The translations under genes and the position numbers were made by a program. A DNA stretch of 64,000 nt from Setoptus koraiensis (taxonomy: Eukaryota; Animalia; Arthropoda), in NCBI GenBank assembly GCA_048013815.1, contig CM106586.1, positions 3,720,001-3,784,000 of the forward strand, in the 5' to 3' direction. Of the stretch, positions 56,298 through 64,000 are shown one piece after another (the stretch's first letter is position 1; every line of letters begins with the position of its first letter). The notes below the pieces were generated by a model. It saw only the letters and a list, made by a program, of their open reading frames with translations. It was not told the origin of the DNA and did no database searches.

Positions 56298-59200
56298 TTC
56301 TTACCTATGTTACTACCAGGAGTAAACAAATTGGAGTGAATATCGTTAAACTCGGAAAGAACCAAGTTATGCATGAGTATTCACCTGATAGAATATGCCC
56401 AAATTAATCATCAGCTAATCACAAGTATGAGAGTCATTATCCCCTTAAATGTATATGTGAAGAACTACAAACTTATATTTTATTTCAGAATGATCTGTCT
56501 CTCATGACTTCTGATATCTATCAAATGGTTGATCCGCTGAAAGTCAATGGATTGTTTTTGAGAGCAACTATTTTGTAAGACGAAAGTTACTACTCTAGCC
56601 TGAATGGCAAATCTAACAGATATATATGTTATTGTCAGATTTTAGATTTGTATATATGTAATAGAAAGGTCTGTTTGCTAGTCTTACAGACCTATACTCT
56701 TTCGTTTTATCTTTTTAATTGAATAAAGTACTCGATAATAGTACTGTTATAAAAGTAATTTCGATTTTTCGACATTATTAATCTCTCGAATTATAGTTAC
56801 TATAATTCCGGAGAATTCCGTAAGTTTGAGTCCAAATATATTGTAATTGCTAGATACAGTGGATCAAATTGATGTTATTGACAGCAGCAGTGGCGATGGT
56901 GTCCGTACCATCTGAAATGCGGCGGTGCACTGCTATTACTTATAATAGTAGGCATAAAGAGACAGTGAAACAAGGGGGCTATAGCCAGGTAATCTTCTAG
57001 AGTGCAGACACAAGAGCAATCAATGAATCTGAAGTGGAAATGAATTCCTCTTTCTTCTCAACTCTCGAAGGTGTTACAAAATCAACTGAAGCCACCATAA
57101 ATGTAAGCCCTAAGTTCTTGCCAGAGGGAGGAGCGAGCGCATAAGAAGGAGGGCGTACGCTATCTATTTTAAAATCGTTAATGGCCTGTTACGCAAGCAA
57201 GTTAAAATTACAGTTGAATTTAGGCACGTATCTGGTGGCATCAAGCAGCATCAAGGCCTCCCTTTTGACTGTCTGGCTGGCGTTGGAAACAAAGCTAGAC
57301 AAGAGGCGAGTGCCAGTTTTGTTTGGAGCAAGTGTCACAACCAGAAATGGTGAAAATGAGCAAGAAGATTAAATCACTTGTCTTGAACAACTGTCAGTAG
57401 ACAACTTAATGTAAAAGTGCATAAACCCGCTACAGAGAGACCCTAATAAGTTCCTGTCTCATCGTCACAGTTCTGTGTTTTGCTGTTGTCGCTGTTGTTG
57501 CTGTTGTTGTTGCTGTTGTTTTTGTTGTTGCCGTTCTATCTGGCTTACCAACGCGAAACAACAGCAGCCACCAAGTGGCCGTTGCTATACAAGAAGAAAG
57601 AAAAACGTTTAAAGATCGAGTTAGACTGTTTATCAAATTATCAAAATTCGTTGCTCATTAGAATATGATCTAAAAGGGCGCCCAAGCACGATTTCGTTCT
57701 CGTGTGAGATGTTGTTAGTGTGGTAAATTTCCTATTTGCTCCACATAAGTGACATGGTGTGTGCTTGTGATGACAAAAGACGGATGCGTGCTCGTGTCTA
57801 GCAAAAAGTTAGGAAAAAACCTTTTTATTTGTTGCATTATCAGAAGTCTATTCGAGAGAGGAGAGCGTCCGCTAAACTGTCGGTCTGGCTAACTAGTTGT
57901 ATCTTGTTGTGTATTGTCTTTATAGGTACTTTTGGCGAGCGAGAATGTGCTGAAAACAGGTGTAGCCTGGTTGTATGTGCAGTGGCGTTTGATGATGACA
58001 TGTATGCTTTTGGGTAAAACAAAGGGGTCGTTTGTTTGTTTCATTCATTTCTCTCCCTCCCTTTCTCTCTGTGCTTTCTACTATTAGACACAATCAAACA
58101 TTTGGAACAATCGATTGAACTTGCGTAAGACGGACCTGGCCAGATGCGTCCAGATGAGGACTTCCTCATCATCTCAATCTCGCCAGATCCAGGCGTAGGT
58201 GTTTTTGGGATCATGGTTGTCTAGTGTGTGTGTGTGTGTGTGTGTATGTACGAGCGAGAGTGCGTGATTTATCTGCACGATATAGATTGAATAGTCTGGC
58301 CTCATATAAAATGCTACCAACTTTATTTGTGTGGCTGGCGAGACTGCTCAGAAGGGTTCAGGTTGCTGAATTCATGCCAATTATATAACAATCATCACAG
58401 ATTGCAAATGGAGGCCCAGTCGTTTCTCGCCTAGCGCCCACAGTGGACCCCAACTTCAACATCAGTGTTTTTTTTATAAATGCATCAACTTATACATTAC
58501 TACTACTACTGTAGTGTCAATCAAGCAATTTAGTATCCGGTCAGACACAATAGCAGCCACAACTGTCACAATACAAACAATTCATCATATAAAAGTCACA
58601 TTGTTGATAGTATTATATGACAAAAGATTAAACATTGATATATATATAAACTGCAAACTGAACAAAGCAAAACAAAATCAGGACAATTATAGTGGCCAGA
58701 TGTTCGCTTTTATTTCAAAAGTTACATGGTAAGCTGGTGAAAAGACACGTACTTAATCATCGCTCTTTTGTGTTTGCGATCTCTGAAAGTAATTATGACA
58801 CAATCTGGTCGCCCGGCAAACATCTAGAGAGAACACTCTGTAGAACAGTTTGGCCCCTCTCTAAATCCCAATAACCTATAGTGACAATCAGACGACTAGC
58901 AGAGGTAAGCCCAATATGATATCTGATCAAGTATAGTTATCAGCGACATTTATCGATTATTCCACCATTCTACTAGCGCGAAATTGCCAATTTACTGATC
59001 AGTTCATTTTGAATTTGATGACAATTCCTAATGGATGTTCGATTGGTAAGTAGTAACTCCACCAGAGCAAGTGTAGTTATGTTATCGGCATGATGAGCGG
59101 GTGAGTTTGTAATTTCATTCATGATGCCACTGAGTCATATTTCACCTTTGAGGCCAAGCATGTACGATATAAATATGTCTGATATTCTTCGTTGCGTTAC

Positions 59201-60606
59201 AATCACGTTTAGACCAATATCAGGAATATCGTGGTCAAGTTTTATTATTTTTGTATGCCAAACTCACACAATACGAATGAATACCGCGAAGTCAGGCTAT
59301 AGTTCCTAAAGTCCAGCTTAGTTGTTCCAGTTATTGATCGACAAGTATCGGTCCAGTTACAGTAGAGAATACCAACTATTGTGTTTATGCGGACTAAGCG
59401 TATTGGTCAACTTTATCAAACTGTAAGTAAGTCTCTAATTTCAACATTCAGGTTAGTCAGTTATCATTATAGTAATATTGTATAGCATATTCAGACGAAC
59501 CTATTTTCTAAAGATAGATAGTTGCAGAGAGCTGAGTAAAGATCACGTTCGCTAGCCATCAGTGTTTACTGCAGAATCATCTATGATATAAGGAGATAAT
59601 CCACACGTCCAAGGGCAGTACTGAGCTATTGAGATAATAATGGAAATGGTCAATGCAAATCAACAAAGCGAGAAGTAAGCTTAATCAAATAATCAATTGA
59701 ATTGATAGAAACGACGTGCTCTTTTGGGTATGTGGATATTGATGGTTAAGAGTCGCTTCGAGCATAAGCATTTTATTGTTGTGTGTTTCTTCAATTATAC
59801 ACTTGCGTAAAAGCCAACAATACATTTATGTATATAATTCAATAATTATTTATGATTACTTTAATCTAATAGAACGTTGATTGGCCATTTGTCGACAATT
59901 TAGGCTGGAAAGCAGAATGTGGTTGGCAAGCATTAAGTAATGAAAAAAATGTTCTAGTTGATCATGATAATATTGTTGAGTGATGCCAGAAAGGGCAGCC
60001 ATTACCGTGACAATTTGTGAAATGACCCTGCCATTGTAGTGTTCATGTTTACCTATATAGAAAGTGAGCAAAAAATTAACATGAAAGCATCATTGGACAA
60101 TTGTGAGGGCCCAATGTATCCCCAAATAAGTTGTACCTAGTGACCGCCGTCGGATATCTGCGAGAGTTTACTACGAATTGTGCATCCAAACAGCACGGTA
60201 TGATACCGCATTTGGACAGTTCTGTCAGATTGTAGTCAGTTGTTGTTGACTAGATGAGTTAACTAGATTAGCTCTGCAGTGAAACTGTAACAATAACAAT
60301 GATCAAAGAATAGGTCGCGACTAGCTGCTGTGTCTTCCAGCAGACGAGACCACAAAAGAATGAGAATGCCATTTCCTCCCACAACAAAAGAGGCTGGCCC
60401 CAAGTACCAACCTTGCCTTGAGACTTGAACCCAAAAAAACTCATCCGTACATGAATATACAGTAAAAATCTTATTTGAATTCATCTCTTTCCCAATTCTT
60501 CCTTCGTCGCTGTTGATATAAATTGTGTGTGTGTTCAGGTTAACGGCAAGATTAGACATTTAGCTGTTGTAATGATCACATACACACACTTAAGTGAGTG
60601 ATCAAT

Positions 60607-60613
60607 TATAAAA
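60607..60613 (+). promoter_or_regulatory. TATA box upstream of the neuropeptide precursor
   Basis: TATAAAA about 130 nt upstream of the ATG at 60744. Confidence 0.5.
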
Positions 60614-60743
60614 GAAGCACCAGATAAAACAAAACAACTTTAGTTACTATTTGTATACAATCAATCTATCAAATAAGTAATTAAAGGCTACCGGCACACA
60701 ATATAATAGAGAATACAAACAACATATATATATATTCACGACC

Positions 60744-61767
60744 ATGAATAATAACGGTTGCAATATCATCAAGACGGCCACAATATTGGTTGCTCTAGTC
60801 AGCGCGTGGTCAATTGGGTTAGCCTTGGCAGGCACGATAAATCAAGCCTCAAACCAACAGAAGAATCAGGTGAGTACGACTAGACCATATTTGATGGCTG
60901 CCGATATGATTTATGGCGACTATTGCTTAGTTGAGCTCATCTAAATAGAGAACAATCAACTCTTAATGATGATCTACTTAGCATACTATCCCACTAGTAC
61001 TATTAATGCGAACAGTTATAAGTAGCGTAGCAATCTTATGTAATATTATTGCAAATCTAGCTAACAAAATCATTCATTCATCACGTGCACTCATTTGAAC
61101 TCATGTTGTCATCGTTGTGATCGTGTGATTTTCCTTGTCCTGGCCGATCGATAAAACAACAACTAAACTTTCCACTATTCGGTAGATATTGCACCCATTG
61201 TTAGGTGACGAGATCTACAGCAGTATGCGTGGTGGTGGCTTTTTGGACAGCAACAAGATAAGAGGTTACAATGGTGGAGGCATCAATTTAGTCGAAGCCA
61301 ATGGAAATAGCAAGAGAGCTAGAAAGATATCGACGTTTATGCCTATGCGTGGCAGAAAAGACGGAAATGGTGCTCATGGGCCCGGCGCTACTTTGAGCAA
61401 TCTCATGGATGCCTATTCAGTAGTTCCGTTGATTAAATTGCGCCTAATGGAATCTGCTTTGGCTAGACAACAAGAACAACGATTCGACGACGAACAGCAA
61501 GAACGTCAATCTTATTATAATAATAACAATCTTTCCCAAGAAGACGAACAACAACAGCAACAATCGGGTGAACCGTCAAACTTTAATAGGTATCTAGATA
61601 TGGACGAGTCGGGTCAACTAGGCAACAGCCAGAGCAGTCAATTGATCCAGAATAAGCTCAGGAGAGCCTTCCATCCGATGAGAGGTAAAAAGTCGATAAT
61701 AGACGAATATACACCAGTCGAGGCCAGTCAATCAGATCCTATACCAACTCTAGTCTCTGATCTATGA
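60744..61767 (+). CDS. Tachykinin/natalisin-like neuropeptide precursor; exons 60744-60869, 61186-61767
   Basis: Signal peptide in exon 1 (donor gtgagt, phase 0); KR-ARKISTFMPMR-G-RK and RR-AFHPMR-G-KK give amidated FxPMR peptides flanked by dibasic sites. Confidence 0.85.
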
Positions 61768-64000
61768 AGCATCATTTACAGTGGTGATCGGTGTCGAGGG
61801 TGAATAAGAAATCGGCTAACTCTGGCGGGCATGCTTGATATTTTTATCATAACCATAAGAATTATTATCTAATGAGAAGTGTTACACACAAAAATGACAA
61901 ATGCAATCAGCACAGCGAGAGCGTATCTATCGACGTAATCACCCATTGGCGATCTATATATATATATATATATACTGGGGCCAATCACTTGAAAACAAAA
62001 CTTAAAGTTCAACAGAAAATAAAACTCTCATGAAGGGCAAACACGTGTTATGTTATTCGCACATCAGACATTATCGGCAGATACTAAAGAGCAAGGTTTT
62101 AAGGGAGAAAAAACAAACCATGGAATTAAAACGAGCCACAGTCAGACGAAATGCAGGCTGAGAGTATCAAAGAGGGACAACTTCGGAAAGAGCGAGAGAA
62201 TCGTGGGGGAGGAGGTTTCATTGAGGAAGGTACTACATCCAACGGAAACTATACACAAACTAATACTATTACATATATTACCATATATTACCATTATTGC
62301 TATTACATAGCAACGCAATAATGGGACCTACGACTGTATCCTGGTCACATCAATAAGTCTGCTTGATACACTTAACGCGCTAGTCAGTATCCATTGAAAC
62401 GAATCAAGTTTCGAATCAAATGAGCACAACTGAAATCAATTTGATGTCTCATGTTGTATAATAAAAGGGATTATCATTTCGGCGAAGTAACGACTACGAT
62501 AAAACGCACAAACAACGAATAAAGTCTCAACAAAACAGAAATGTAGGTCTGGTCAGCAAGGACTCGGCGTGTGTCCTTCTTGATATCTCTACGAAGCTAA
62601 CACGCATTGTTTCATCATTTTACCATTATTTCATCATAAACGTCATCGTCATCGTCATTGGCTCTGATTTGTTGTTTGTTTCAGATGAATGGACACCCTG
62701 TTGATTTGTAATGTGATCACAAAATCAATCCAATCAAGTCAACTTTTTTTCCTACCCTCTCTAGCACTGATGTAGTTCTTTGTTAAGACGCGCATCACGT
62801 CATTGATGATAGTACTGCATGGTATCACAAGTTGTTGGCTATCGTATGGAATAATTTGATCCGTATCTTAGATCAAGTTGATAGATGGTTTGACATTGAT
62901 TCAAATATTTCTTTTTGGCGTTTTATAACGTTAATAATAATAATAATAATGATTGTTGTTATTATTATCAGTGATAATCAGTTGCTTGCCAGGCACACGA
63001 CCGACTAACCAGACTTGTAAGCATAACAGAATAAATTGAACACCGCTCCGGCTGTTTGTCAGGCAATTTAGCTTGCGAGGTTGCCTGGTGTGTGCAATTT
63101 AAAGTTGCCTTGTTTTCACACATATATAAACACAAGCAAATATACTGTACTGGTTTGATAGCGCACAGTGTGCAACTTTGATCAGACTCGCTCGAGATTG
63201 TTACATTTGTCAGGGGGCGCTTCTTGCTGTCTTCATCATCATGTATCCCATAGGCTACAGATATGCTCCTCTGGGGTTGGGGCCATCCGGACTAGGTGAA
63301 TTCCACATTTACGTGGAGCATATTCACATTACTGAAAGGATTACTAAAACCCAAACACCGTAACTGCTTCCTCTTGAACGATGAATCTCTTGAATGCACC
63401 ATGACCAGACCACTCTGCCGGCGACTTGTCAGCTCAACCGTGTCAGTGCAGCGCCTCTGCTGGATTGTTTTTGACTCGGATGCGTTCGTTCATAAAAAAT
63501 ACACATGCTAGACACATACACACAAACAGTGTGTGCGTGTGTCTGAAATACAGGAGAGATTTGGACACAAGAGGGAACATAAGGACACACACAGATGCAT
63601 ACAACATGATGATGGTGATGATGAAGATGATGGCGAACAGATGAACGGGTACAAGTAATCGGGAATAAATAATAAATAAAACACAACAACATTGGAACTG
63701 ATATTCATATATACCGAATGGTACTGGCCTCACCATTATTATTACTGAAAATTATAATTATTATCACCATTATTGGTCTGCTTCCATTGTTGCTCACTAT
63801 TCAATACCATCAGGAATATACTGAATTTATTTTACACCCATCTTATACTCCCATCTTGAACACACACGAACATACATAACTGGTAGTTGATTATTATTAC
63901 CAATATCATTACTATTCCACCAGAAGCATATTTATTACTAACATAACACACACATAGAGAACAGAACCACTATTACTATTACTAGTATTATTACTAATAT

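Noticed and set aside
56788-56808. 10-bp perfect palindrome GAATTATAGT-T-ACTATAATTC in TCGA-rich sequence
   Set aside because: Isolated and AT-rich, with no terminal inverted repeats or target-site duplication to support a transposon.
21669-60270. Partial matches to conserved miRNAs (miR-305 at ~21671, miR-279 at ~35865 and ~60250, miR-133 at ~41590, miR-71 at ~52240)
   Set aside because: Only 8-12 nt match, mostly antisense to coding DNA, and no precursor hairpin forms.
1-64000. CRISPR arrays, prokaryotic defence systems, intact transposons, rRNA
   Set aside because: No repeat-spacer arrays, operon structure, transposase/RT ORFs or rRNA motifs were seen; the DNA is spliced eukaryotic sequence.

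Overview
Eukaryotic genomic DNA read with the standard code. It comes from a very compact arthropod genome; the gene set, the few short GT-AG introns (about 70-160 nt) and the many intronless housekeeping genes suggest an acariform mite such as an eriophyoid (inference). No prokaryotic features, rRNA, tRNA or CRISPR were found. Positions 1-37 kb are gene-dense: RNF19, myosin regulatory light chain, TMEM186, synaptophysin-like, AATF, mitochondrial LeuRS, SMOC, a miniature tankyrase, CRIF1, an orphan coiled-coil ORF, SET, BRMS1, RanGAP, a metallothionein missed by the ORF track, VTI1, MED1 and a glycine-rich structural protein. About 14 kb of microsatellite-rich non-coding DNA follows, then a tankyrase pseudogene, NTE/swiss cheese, TRC8/RNF139 and a tachykinin/natalisin-like neuropeptide precursor. 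Three things stand out. (1) The orphan 152-aa coiled-coil protein starts with MARTKQT, identical to the histone H3 N-terminal tail, and is a candidate histone mimic. (2) A convergent LARS2/tankyrase gene pair has been duplicated repeatedly and eroded reciprocally; the relics keep microhomology-flanked deletions and a fold-back insertion, and the LARS2 poly(A) signal survives only beside the intact LARS2. (3) Several apparently functional proteins lack whole domains (NTE its cNMP domains, tankyrase three of five ARCs and most of SAM, VTI1 its Habc domain, shortened TRC8, AATF and CRIF1), consistent with deletion-driven streamlining. All assignments come from motif recognition by eye; no database search was run.
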